Shown piece by piece: positions 52,391 to 64,000 of a DNA stretch of 64,000 nucleotides (the stretch's first letter is position 1; every line of letters starts with the position of its first letter). The position numbers were made by a program, and so were the translations under genes. Location of the stretch: NCBI RefSeq assembly GCF_036321535.1, contig NC_087436.1:10912001-10976000 (forward strand), in the 5' to 3' direction. Source of the stretch: Camelus dromedarius (Eukaryota). Under the pieces are notes generated by a model. That model was not told where the DNA came from and did not search any database. It was given only the letters and a program-made list of their open reading frames with translations.

Positions 52391-53487
52391 ACAGGATAAA
52401 GCCCATATAAGATACAAGCAAAAAAGGAAAAAATTTTTTATTTATTTTATTTTTTGGCATAGAATACATAGGAAAACCCCTTTTAGGGGAAATTCACAAT
52501 ATGTGAATCAATTTTGTCACGTTGATCTAAGAAGCCATAAAAAATACTGAGTTCAAATTTATCATCAAATCCTTCTATGTAAGGAGCTTGAAATCATTCA
52601 ACACTGCATTGATTGGCAGAGAAACAGGAAATTACAGGAGAGTTAAGATTCCCCTTGAGGACGGGTGCAGCAGCCTCAGTGAGGTTTCCACCTCCGGGAC
52701 TACCTGGAGGCCCTCATGGAGCTGCAGCAACACCCCCCACATGGACGGTGTGACATTGTGTCTGCTGTCTCACGGTGTCCCTCCTGTTGGGCATCTGATC
52801 ACCCGGCTTCACTGTGATCACCTGTGTGTAATATCTGTACTCTCAGGAGTGCTCATAGGATTTGAACCCAAGTTGAATGTACTCCAACACCTGTTCAGAA
52901 CTCATTTATGGTACTTGATATCCGAGAGCGAACGTGACTTAAAAAAAAAATTATACAGGCTTTCCTTACTGATGGTAAAACTGTGCCTAAGGATTTTTGT
53001 ACCCTCTGTCGTTCAGTGTCCTCCATCCAAACACACACATGATCAATTTGCTCAACAAAAAAATCACCTTCTTAAATGGCTGTGCCTTCTTTCAGCTGTC
53101 ACAAGATGAAGACTGTGTTTCTTTGTGTTTTAAATTTTATCTGAATGAAAACAGCGTCACCTTTATGCATCAAACATTGTAATTCAATTCTGGTCTTGAA
53201 AACATTTTACTTTTTCTGGTGACTTTAAAGGTGCCATTCAATTTTATACTTCCAATACACAATTTTGAACTTTTTTGTTGTTGTTGTTGCCCACCTAGAC
53301 TTTTATTATGTTTGATTTTTCTGCATATGGAAAGATGTTAATTCTTTTTAAGCCATTGCAATATTTAGCTCATCTTTAAGCAACAGCTTAACTTTTACCG
53401 TATCCTGGCTTACTTAAAAGCAAACTATTCACCTCCCTGCTCTTCTAAACTGCAGAGACTGAAGGTGTGTGTTCTGTTTTGATGCTA

Positions 53488-53600
53488 CTTTTTTTTATTG
53501 ACGTATAGTCGATTTGCAATGTGTTAATTTCCAGTGTACAGCACAGTGATTCATTTATACACACACATATGTATATTCCTTTTTATATTCTTTTTTCATT
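53488..53600 (-). mobile_element. L1 3'-end fragment
   Basis: ttttattgacgtatagtcgatttgcaatgtgtt...gtgtacagcacagtgattca. Confidence 0.78.
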
Positions 53601-54783
53601 AATTAATTCATCATTAAATCTGTAAACTTCCTCAAAATTCCATTTCCAATCCTGCTTTCTTCGATGGCTCCATTTATCTGCCATTGTCTTGGCCCTTCTT
53701 TGGAGACTTAATCCCCCATGGACGCTGAGCCTGACCTGACCAAGAGAAGAAATGTATGAGGAAGCCCCACCTGGCCAGAACTTCTGCTCTGAGATAAGAT
53801 ATATTACATTAGATCCAGGAACCAGTGAGCTGGGTAGATCATGGCTGCCTGGATCCCCTCTTAGCAACGCACTTCTCTCTTCTTCCTTTCTTCTCATGGC
53901 GAAGATCAGGTTTCTGCCTCAGTTTGTGGAATGATTACTCCATGTTTCTTCCTTGGAATGCAGGCCTCCTCTAAACACTAACTGACTGTTCTGATCATGA
54001 TAACAAATGTAATATCAGATAACCTCTTTCAGACAAGGGGAATTGTGTGGTGTATATTCCTCTGTGAGCCCTGGTGTCCTACAAATTAAAAAAAAAAATT
54101 CTCAGGAAACTAATATGACCATTTACTGAAACTTAAATATGATTGCCAGTTAGAGACCACAACTGCCAGACTCTTCATCTGCCATATTGGATTTGCTTGT
54201 GTATCTGTGTTTGCCCAAATCGAGCTCAAGTTTGTAATTTGTCAATTTATCCTATGCCACTCCAATCACAGACAACTCTCATCCTGCCTGCAATCCTATG
54301 ACAATGCCTTCATCATTCATTATCTGACTTTCTCAGACAATTATTTCTTAGCTTTTCTCTCTTGAATCCCTAACCCCTCTTTCCCTTCTCACATGCAGAT
54401 GAAGTTCTTGTCATTAGATATTTATTCTCACAAAAGTATCATCTGTACAACGGCCAAAGTACACCTGCTTTTTTCAGTATCATGTTACTTATCCCCCAGA
54501 TCCTATTTCCTCTCATGTGCCCAAGAGGTAACCCACTCTGAGTACTCTGACTCAATTCTGCACTATTAATTTTTTTCCTTTTTTCTGGATCTTGAGGTTG
54601 GCATACAAATGTAATGTTGCTTCTTCCATCTAAAAAAAAATTCTCTTAAGGCTATTGCCTGATTTTTTTGCCCTCCTTTAAAGAAAAACTTCAGTTGTCC
54701 ACACTTCTTGATTCCGCTTTCACACTCACTCATTCGGTCTAGGTCACTCCAATCAAGACTTCATTCCATCAACTCAACTAAAA

Positions 54784-55385
54784 CAGCATGATGCCCTCAA
54801 GGTCTGTGTATGTTGTTGCAAATGGCAGAATTTCCTTCTCTTTTATGGCTGAATAATGCTCCATAAACATCTGCTTTATTTATTTATCTGTCAATAGACA
54901 CAGGTTATCTCTGTATCTTTGCTATTGTAAACAATGATGCGATGAATATGGGTGTGCATATATCTTTTCATAGAATTTTGGAGGGGTTAATGTTTATCAA
55001 GTCCTTATGGGCTGAAATAAGTCAGGTCGAGAAAGACAAATGCCATATGATCTCATATTTGGAGGGAATAAAAAAAACAAGCTTATAGATACAGAGAACA
55101 AATTGGTGGTTGCTAGATAGGGTAAGGAATGGACAAAATGGGTGAAGGGTGTTAAAAAGTATAAACCATGATTTTTTATAAGATAAATGTCTTGGGGATG
55201 TAATGCATACCATGATGACTATAGTTAATGATACTGTATTGCATGTTTGAAAGTTGCTAAGTGAGTAAATCTTAAAAATTCTCATTACAGGAAAAAAAAA
55301 TTCTGTAACTGTGTATGGTGATGAATGTTGACTAAACTTATTGTGATGATCATTTCTCAATACATACAAATACTGAATCATTATG
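54784..55385 (+). mobile_element. L1MA9-like element with inverted 5' portion
   Basis: 54784-54975 is antisense L1 ORF2 tail; about 55012-55385 is sense and resumes at the adjacent consensus position. Confidence 0.8.
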
Positions 55386-55394
55386 GAAGTAGTT

Positions 55395-56345
55395 GGCTGT
55401 TTCAAATATTAAAACATATAGTTTCTGTAATTACAACAGTGTGGCGTTAGAGCATGAATAAGCTGGTAGACCCATGGAATCAAACTGAAAAACACAGAAT
55501 AGAATTAATCTCATATAAAAGTTTAGCACGTGATAAAGGCTGATCTTAAATCATGGAGGAAAATATGGACATTTTAATAAATGGTACTGAAATAACTTGA
55601 CAGTAAATAATAGGATATAAAACTGAATCTACTCCCATATACAATGATAAATTTAAATAGATTGAATATTTAAATGCAAAAAAATGAAATTGTATAAGTA
55701 CTACAAGAAAATATGGCTAAATTCTTCCATAACTTGAGGCTCAGAAAACCTTTTCTAACTATACTCAAAATCAAGATACAATAAGAGAATGATTCATAAA
55801 CTGGACTAAATAAAATGTTAAAGTTAAATAAATTTCAAAATTTATACTCTTGTGTATGGAAACATTTTATATTATCATGATCAAGATGTAAAAAGTGGAA
55901 AACCAGAAAAATTATTTTTAACTTTTTCTTTCAACTTAAATACCTTATCATTGTTAAAGTATTCACAATCCTAATATTTAAGTAGCTTTTTAAAACAGAA
56001 GGGAAAAACAACAATCAGATAGAAAAATGGGCATGATATGTGAACAGACAATTTGTGGAAAGAGAAGCACAAATGGTCCTTAAAAATACAATAAGATGTG
56101 TAATTGATCTTGAGCACTGATAATGAAAAATGAAATTTTAAAACTCGTTTGAGATACCATTTCTCCTCTATCAGTCTGGGAATAATTTGAGAGTTGTACA
56201 ACAGATTCTTATTAAAAGGTGCTCACAATAGCACTGCAGGTAATGACAAAAACTTGGAGGCAAAACAAATGTCCTTCAGTCAAGTTCTAGTTAAATTATG
56301 ATTCATTTATTCAGCTGAATAGTATGTAACCATTCAAAGAGCAAA
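55395..56345 (+). mobile_element. Ancient L1ME-like ORF2 remnant
   Basis: aataaatggtactgaaataact; gaaaaatgggcatgatatgtgaacagacaattt; gagataccattt. Confidence 0.7.
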
Positions 56346-57002
56346 ATAAAAATAAAAATCACTGGATTTCAACTTTTAACAGATACCATTTTAACCAGAA
56401 TATTCTGTTTAATTACATACTCACTGACCCAGGAAAAGGCAAAAACTTTTAAAGAATATTTTAAATAAAATCAATAATCACCATTAAAAAGCCAATATAT
56501 GTTTTGTTTTTAGGATTTTGAAAAGTGACCTATCAGTCACTCTAAAATCTTCTAAAGAACTACTGCACTTAACTTTCAGTAAGGTGTATAAAACCATGTG
56601 TGGAGCCTCCAAACAAAGTTAACCAAACACAGTGAAAGTGCAAAATGCCAGTTATTCATGATGTGGAAATTTAAATCGGATGAAAAAGAACCTTGATTTG
56701 GCTAGAGACCTGAATCTATAATTTACATTCAACATGATGAAAATCACCATTGCCAGGAGTATTGTGATCAGTAACCCCGGGATTCAGTAACTAGCTCAAG
56801 AGTGCGGGGAAGAAAAGAGAAGTCATCAAGTCATCAACATTTGTCTTATTAATGTCAATCTTACTAGCACATTCTCTTGAAAGGAAACACTAAATAAGGA
56901 ACATTTATATTTCTATCACGAAGTCACGCATTTTTATTTCAGCTCAAAAGTGTGTATTAGAAGTATGACAAGGAATATGAGAGTCTGATACAAGAAAATC
57001 AA

Positions 57003-58400
57003 GTGTTATTATTCATTAACAAACCGTCTGCTTGGTTTATATGTAACTATCATACTAAGGGTCAATCTTTGTGCTAGAGACTGGATATTTGAAGTTCATC
57101 GTTGTTGACAAGCAAATGATTATAATTCAATGTGATAAGTTCTATGTGAAATTCCATGTAAGAGACTAAAAGGAAACATTTAGGCTGTTAAGGATGACTT
57201 CATACTGCAAATTGTGTGTGAGCTGTGCTTCCTCCTTAATCTATCCCATAACCAGATGGAATAGAGGAAGAATGCCATGCAAACGGATTAGCAAATACAA
57301 GGATATGGATCATAATGTCACGTGATCTATCCAGGAAATGCAGAATAGTTCTGTGCCAGTAGTATTAACTGCAATGAAAGTGGGTACAAATGAGGCTGAA
57401 GTGTACCACAAAGCCACCGGGGGAAGGCTGTGTCCTCTATCAGGCTAAAAAATTCGTAAACTACCTGACGGAGGATGAGAGACCACCAACGTTTCTAATA
57501 GAATTATGACTTATTTGGGTTTTACAAACAGAACTCAAAAGGTAATATAGTTGGATTGGAGAAGTGAAAGACTAAATATATTTCCCTAATTACCTAGAGT
57601 TGAAATTAGTCACTAGGTCTTGGTAACTAATTGAGCATTTAAGGTAATAAGGAGGAAAAAGTCAAAGATGACTCAAGTTTCTATCTTGTATGACAAGATT
57701 AATTCATTTTGGTACTAAGTGGAGTGGGAGGAAAACAAATTTGGGGAAAGAAAAATGAAATTAGTGTTAGATGCCAGGAACTTCCAGTAGATGCTCAGAA
57801 GACAGTTTAATATACACATTTTAAGCTTAAGATGGAAGACTAAAGACACAGATCTTAGAGTAAACAACTTGCTGGTGACATAAAAACCATGGTGGAATGG
57901 GCTCAACTGCTGTACAGAGATGAGTGGTAACGAAACTTTGATGGTGATCATTTTGAAGTGTATACAGGTGTCAAATCATAACTCAGTACACTTGAAACTT
58001 ACATAATAAAAGAAAAATTTTAACTATGAAGGGGATGGATAATATTAAGAAAAACTATGACAAATAAAAATGTAAAGAGTCCCAACAATAGAATTAAAAC
58101 CTGGGGTCACAGGTGTTTAAAGGACAAAGAGAGGGAGGGACCCTAGTGAGAGACACGGGAGAGCCTGCATCATGGATATCAAGGGAGGAGAAAATTTTAT
58201 GCAGGGCATGCTATTGTCAACTGCTCTACACCAGTCATGAAAATCAAGACTAAAATGTGTCCATTGCAAACTCAGGGACCTTATAAGAAGAGTCAATGAC
58301 TGATAAGGGAGTAAAAATGTATTGCAGTCAGTTAAAAGAAAATGGAAGTGAAGATAGCGTGTGATACATTTCTCAATAAATTGCATGCTGATGGAATGAG
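57003..58400 (-). mobile_element. L2 LINE remnant (fragmented; short L1 3' end at about 57915-58015)
   Basis: tttattattcattaacaaa start; ataattcaatgtgataagt; gtcaaagatgactcaagtttct. Confidence 0.6.
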
Positions 58401-59515
58401 AGGGCATCATCTATGTTAAGATTGAGTTCTCCTCTAGTTTTACAACAAAGTACTGTCAAACTAAAATACAGGTGAAATATTTAACTTGTTTGCCTTAGGC
58501 AAATAGGTTTACAAAGTGGGAAAATAGAAACAAAGTGATCTTCAATTACTCGCTTTTTCAAAGTGAGATGAAAATCAAAGTCAATTACTCATTTAACATG
58601 AACCCAAAGAAGTTTGCCAGAAAAATCAACTTACTACACGGTAACGTCCACAAATCTTCTGAGACCTTTGAGAAGCCCTTTAGTTTCTTCTCAAGGGCTT
58701 TCACTATCCTGAAAGAACAAGAGGCGTTAATTCTTCGACTAATGTGCTCTTTGTAAGCTTTGGTGGGAACTTTAGGGAAAATCCTACTATGATCACAAAA
58801 ACTTCATCCCTCTATCTCTCCCTCCACGTCTCCTTCCTTCTTCTCTTCCTTCCCTCCTTTTTCTCTTCTTTCAGACTTTAGGTTGAACCATATTTATTTT
58901 AAACACCCATCTTTTACTCTTTCTCAAAGTTCTCAACCCTTGAAATTCCCATACTTTCACCTTTTCTGTTTTGGTTTTCGAGAATGTGGCTTATCCCTGG
59001 ACTGTTCCCTAAGTTCCTGCATCTCACCTGGGTTTATCTCTGTTTCCCATGTCATTGGCAAAGCAGAGATAATTCATATTCCCTGAGACCAAGCACAGTT
59101 AAGCCTTTCTTGTTTTATGTCCCAGTTTCTCCTGATTCCTCCAAAGCTTCAAGAGCCATTCTGAGGAAAATAGCCCTTGGGAATTCTAATTATTAAAATT
59201 TTAGCACATGTTCTACTTTATTTTGGCAAGATCAGTGCAAAGGATTTTTCTCACTAGATTTCAAGTGGAAATTACCAAAAATATAACTTATCTTGTTCTT
59301 TCTTAGATCATATGGTTTATGGTTAGTATGTTGCAACTTTCCTCCTTTCCAAGTAAGTTCTCTCCATTTGAACGGTGACTTAGCAGGGATAAGCTGGAAC
59401 ATCTAGGTCCTAGAATTGTAGAATCCAGCACATGTGTTTTAAAGAATGCACAACCTCGAGCCTTTAAACTGTTTAAGTGACAAGAGTTTGTAGACGAAAA
59501 TAATACATGAAACTG

Positions 59516-60030
59516 GATCAGTTAACTATTGCTGCATAGCAAACCACCAAACATCACTTAAAACATGAATGGTTTTATTTGCTCATGAGCAGTTTTGCTT
59601 GAGTGCAGGTGGATGGCTCCCCTGCCAGTTTCTCCTGAGATTATTTATGGGGCTGCAGTCATCCGATGGTTCAGCTGGGGCTGGGTGATCCAAGATGGCC
59701 TTGGCCACGTATCTGGTGGTTTGCGCTGGACGTTGCCTGGGGTGCCTTGGTTGTCTTCCGCGTGGTTTCTCACCTCCAGGAAGCTAGGCAGCGATTCTCC
59801 ATATAATGGCAGATGTGTTTCAAGAGAGCAAGAGTGGAGCAGCAAGAATTCCTAAGGTCTAGTCTTGGGAGTCACCCAATATCACTTTCACCAAAGCAAA
59901 TCTCAAGGCCAGTCCAGATTCAGGGAATATAGAGATAGTTTCCACCTATTATGGGAGAAGTGGCGGTGTTACATTGCAGGGAGTCATAGAAACAGGGCAG
60001 TATGATTCACTGGAGTTTGGATTTACACCT
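59516..60030 (-). mobile_element. MaLR LTR (MLT1H/I-like)
   Basis: cagttaactattgctgcatagcaaaccacc start; ctggggctgggtgatccaagatggc; aaggccagtccagattca. Confidence 0.75.
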
Positions 60031-60110
60031 TCACAAAGTAGGAGTACAAATAATAATGATATAATATAATAATATGACTATAATCACTATTATTATGTAG
60101 TATAATAGCA

Positions 60111-60237
60111 CTTTTATTTGTTTTGGGGGGGCAATTAGGTTTATTTATTTAATTTTTTAATGGACATACTGGGAATTGAACCTGGGACTTTGTGCATGCT
60201 AGGCATGCACTCTACCACTAAGCTGTACCCTCCCCCC
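60111..60237 (-). mobile_element. tRNA-Ala-derived camelid SINE, inserted at the end of a MIR (60238-60470)
   Basis: Reverse-complement SINE head (ctgggaattgaacctgg...gcactctaccactaagctgtaccctcccc); flanking aatagc repeat. Confidence 0.88.
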
Positions 60238-61689
60238 AATAGCTAATGTTTCTTGAGTTCACTATGTTCTAAAATCTTTGCATGAATTATCTCAGTTAAA
60301 ACTTACAACACCACTACTGGGAAAGTTTGTTATTACCCTCAACTGAAACATGAGGAAACTGAGCCTAAGCAGGAACAAATCATGTAGCCAAGATTGTAGG
60401 GATGGGTGAAGTGAAATTATAAACCAGCTCTGCCTGACCCCTGAGCCATCACCTTGGCCACCAAGCCTTAGATAATGACGCCCATGAGGAATGTGACATG
60501 AATGGTTTTATCTAACTCCAGGCAAGAATGTTCACTTGCCAAAGTATAATTTAGTCTTTTTGCCTAGTAATTCATACATTTTCACCTTAGTTATTAGTTT
60601 AGACTTTGCAAGCCCCGAAGGTATCCAGAAGTGATTTGTTTTCATCTCAATTCCAGCATATTTTGAGCCATTTTATCAGCCCATGGGGAAAACAGATTGT
60701 TATTTTTGTTTTGATTTGGTTTGTTTAAAAAAAACACAAAAAGTTGGCTTCCTGGGTAAGAATATTGTAAACATTCACCTGGGGACATCTCCTTTTGGCA
60801 GACAACTTGTTTGTAGGGTCCAATTCCCATCAGCTCAGTAGCTGAGATTAATGATATGGGAAAGGTTTGAACACTATAGGTGGCAGAATGGGTGACTCAA
60901 CAGCAAAGCTGTGCAAGTCAATCTCACCGTCATCTTGTCAGTTTACAGAAAAAGAAAAAAAAAGAGAGAGAAGGAAGAAGGAAGGGGCTAGAGAGAAGAA
61001 AAAATTTAATATTTCCTACTTTCAACCTATGGGGTTATATGTGATTTCTGAGTACTTTTTATATTTATCTTTGTTTTCACTGTTATAACAACGTGCATGT
61101 GTTATTGAAAAACTGTTGTAACATGTCTCCCCTTGATGGGAATTTGTACATAATGCAAATAATACCGTCCTCCTCTGAGTCCCAGTTCTAAATGAAAGAT
61201 GGGCTAGAGTTTTACCTGTTGGGGAGGGGGCATATGGAAAGACAAGGATGCTGGACAGGGAACTGCAGGAGAGGACAAGGGTGGATTCCTGGGTTTCCAG
61301 ATTCTACCAGCCCGATCTTCCCAAATGGGATCAACAAAGCGGTGCCATTTGACCTGACTGTTCCTTCAGTTGTCTCAGACACCCTGGCAAGCCTACCCAG
61401 GTGCAGAGCACAGAACAGTCCCCAATAGCACCAAGTTGAATTCAGATCATATGGCCTGACCCTAGAACTCCATCAGGCTGTAACATAGTCTCACCTTGGT
61501 CATTTCATTAACTGCACAACGTTGTGATTCTGCATTTTATTAGATAGAACTTTCGGGTACACTACTTCACAAGGTATAACTGAGTTTAACTCCGTTTACA
61601 TAATCATAAGAAAAAGTATGTGAAAAAATACGTATGCAGAAGAATATGTGTTTATTATAGCAACAAACACTAAAAAGTATTTACTATGG

Positions 61690-62195
61690 TGGAGTCCACT
61701 AGTTGTCCACTAATGTTCATTTTTCCTTTTTTCATACTAATATAATGCTGGACTTTTTTCTGACTCATGGTGTTGCAGAATTAAGGAAGTATTTATCAGG
61801 CTCTCCTGCCACCAAGAGGTGGCCATGAGACATCTAACTCTGGCCAGTGGGATATGGCAGGACATAAATGGAATTACTCTGTGTCCATTTCCAGAGGCCT
61901 TGCTTGCAAGATATCCTGACATTCTCCTTGTCTCCTTCTTGTGTGCCCTTTCCTCAGTCTTCCTGGAGCCCAGATATGCTGGTTGCCATTTTTGTCATGA
62001 TCTTGAATAACGAGGGCCAGAACTGACCAGGCAACACAGAAAAAAACCTGAACCCCTAGGCTGTGGGGTAGAGCTGCCCGGTCAGCACTTTGTGAGACAC
62101 TTTCATGGGAGAGAGAAATAAACCTCTTTCATGGTTAAGCCACTGCTACTTTGAGCCTCCTTGACTCTCTGCCAAATCTAGTCCTAGATGGTATA
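61690..62195 (+). mobile_element. Old MaLR LTR (MLT1I/J-like)
   Basis: ggccatgagac...tctggccagtgggatat; gagagaaataaacctct...gttaagccactg. Confidence 0.65.
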
Positions 62196-62199
62196 CCCA

Positions 62200-64000
62200 G
62201 GAACAAAATTAATAAGAAATGTAAAAGACGTATGTAAAACACACTTTATTTAATGAAGGATATAAGTGAATACTTGAATCAGTAGAGAATTATGTTAATT
62301 TTAAGGTTGAGAATACTCAGTATTATAAAGATATAAATTATCCCCAAATCGACCTATAAATTCAATGCAAACATAATCAAAATTTCAATTGAATTTTTAA
62401 ATGGATCTTAAGATGATGCTGAAATTAATCTGGAAAATTAATGTACAGCAATACTCCCTAAAATATGAGAAAAATGATGATGAATAAGTAACTTGCCTTT
62501 TAATATACCAAAATATGTTATAGAATACATGAATTAAAATAATGTTATTAGCACAGAAATTATAACAAATATGCATTAATAAAATAAAAATATCCCAATA
62601 TATAAGTGTATATATAAATATACTATATATGAATCTCAGCAAGTAACATGTGTATATACACACACGAGACTATACATTTATATGTATATGAGACTATGTA
62701 TGTGTGTATATGTATATATGCAGCCTGCTTGCATTCTTATGTAGTATGTGTATAAATATACAGTACATGTAAAGATATGTAAACATATGAAAATATATGT
62801 TAATATTTTGCAAAGCAGGAATGTTAAATGAGTAATGTTGAAAAAATTAGTTGTACATTTGGGGAAAAGTTGATTTATACTTTATTTCATATAATTTTCA
62901 AAAATAAATTCCAGATAGATTTAAACATCTAAATTTTTTTTTAAATCTGAAAAAAAATTAGAAGGCCATATAAGATACTATTTTTTAATATAATTCTAGA
63001 TTGGGAATTTTAAACAATTCTCAGCAGTCATAAGAGAAAATTAAATGATTTCTCTTGTATATAAATTTACAAGATTTATAGACAATGATTTCATTGTCTA
63101 TAAATTTAAAACTTTTTTCGATAAATGCTGTAGTAAAATTAAAGTACAAGCAACAAATTTGGAGAAAATATTTTCAACATATAAATAGTTTATGTAACAG
63201 ATAAATGGTAAATTTTCATAATTTATGAAGAGCTCTTACAAATCCAATAAAAATGGGCAAGGTTTCTAAAGAATTATAAAAAAAAAGAAATGCAAATAAC
63301 CTGCAAATATCAAAATATACAAATATATTTAACATTTTAATAATCAAAGAAATTCAAAACAAAAATAAGATACCAGATTTTGGGATATTCAATTGAAACA
63401 TTTAAAAGATACATAAAATTGTGTTTCGAAATGGGTGTAGTATTCAGGACCTGTTATTGCACACTATGGATGGAATTAAAAGAACACAACCTGCAATATC
63501 TTTCAGTATTCAGAATATGCATAACCCTTGGCCCAACAGTTCCACTTCTAGGAAGCTGTCTTACAAGAGATGTAACCCGTGCACACTACTACATGCGTGG
63601 GGATGTCTATTGCAATATTCTTCATAACAACGTGAATAAAGAATGAAATCTGTCCATTTCAGAGATTTATAATGCAAGATAACAAAAAAAGTTTTATAAA
63701 ATGTTTCCATACATGTGGGAAAAAAAACCAACGTCCACAACAGCACATGCCTTGAAAAGACTTAGCATAATACATACCAAGCGTAGGGGTGGGACAAAGA
63801 GAAATGAGTTTAACGGAACACAAGCAGGTTTTTCCCATGTGCTTTTGTCTTATTTGAATTGTCCTGATACTAATTTCCCATATAATTACATATATAAATA
63901 TTAAAATTGTTCAAATTCGAAAAACAAAAGTCCATTAACTCATGAGGATAAAAGGAAAGTTTACCATATTAGGAAAGATAGTGTACCTCAAAGACGGATC
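62200..64000 (+). mobile_element. Ancient L1ME-like remnant with internal AT-rich simple repeat
   Basis: ctataaattcaatgca; aaataaattccagatagattt; caacagttccacttctagga. Confidence 0.7.

Noticed and set aside
52588..53109. 173-aa plus-strand ORF
   Set aside because: TTG start, no recognisable domain, no promoter or splice context; consistent with chance.

Overview
This is mammalian non-coding DNA, most likely camelid (alpaca or camel). The basis is four tRNA-Ala-derived Vic-1-like SINEs plus artiodactyl-type L1 3' ends, with no Alu, Bov-tA or PRE-1 elements. A CpG-island promoter at about 31.3-33.1 kb drives a minus-strand gene I cannot name; its first exon ends at a canonical donor at 32335. 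Positions 1-32334 are intronic, with a few short candidate exons, and 33-64 kb is upstream intergenic DNA. No convincing protein-coding sequence is present: the listed ORFs are L1 ORF2 remnants, GC-rich CpG-island artefacts or chance ORFs. Much of the window is transposon-derived (L1, ERV1 solo LTRs, MaLR, L2/MIR, MER44, MER5, SINEs); subfamily names are from recall, not from a search. I see no evidence of a novel multi-gene system. The most notable items are a sense-oriented, CpG-rich, NRF1-motif LTR with a broken polyA signal inside a nest of five elements, a micro-inversion at an L1 5' junction, a chain of frame-compatible candidate exons with a uORF, and a local duplication.
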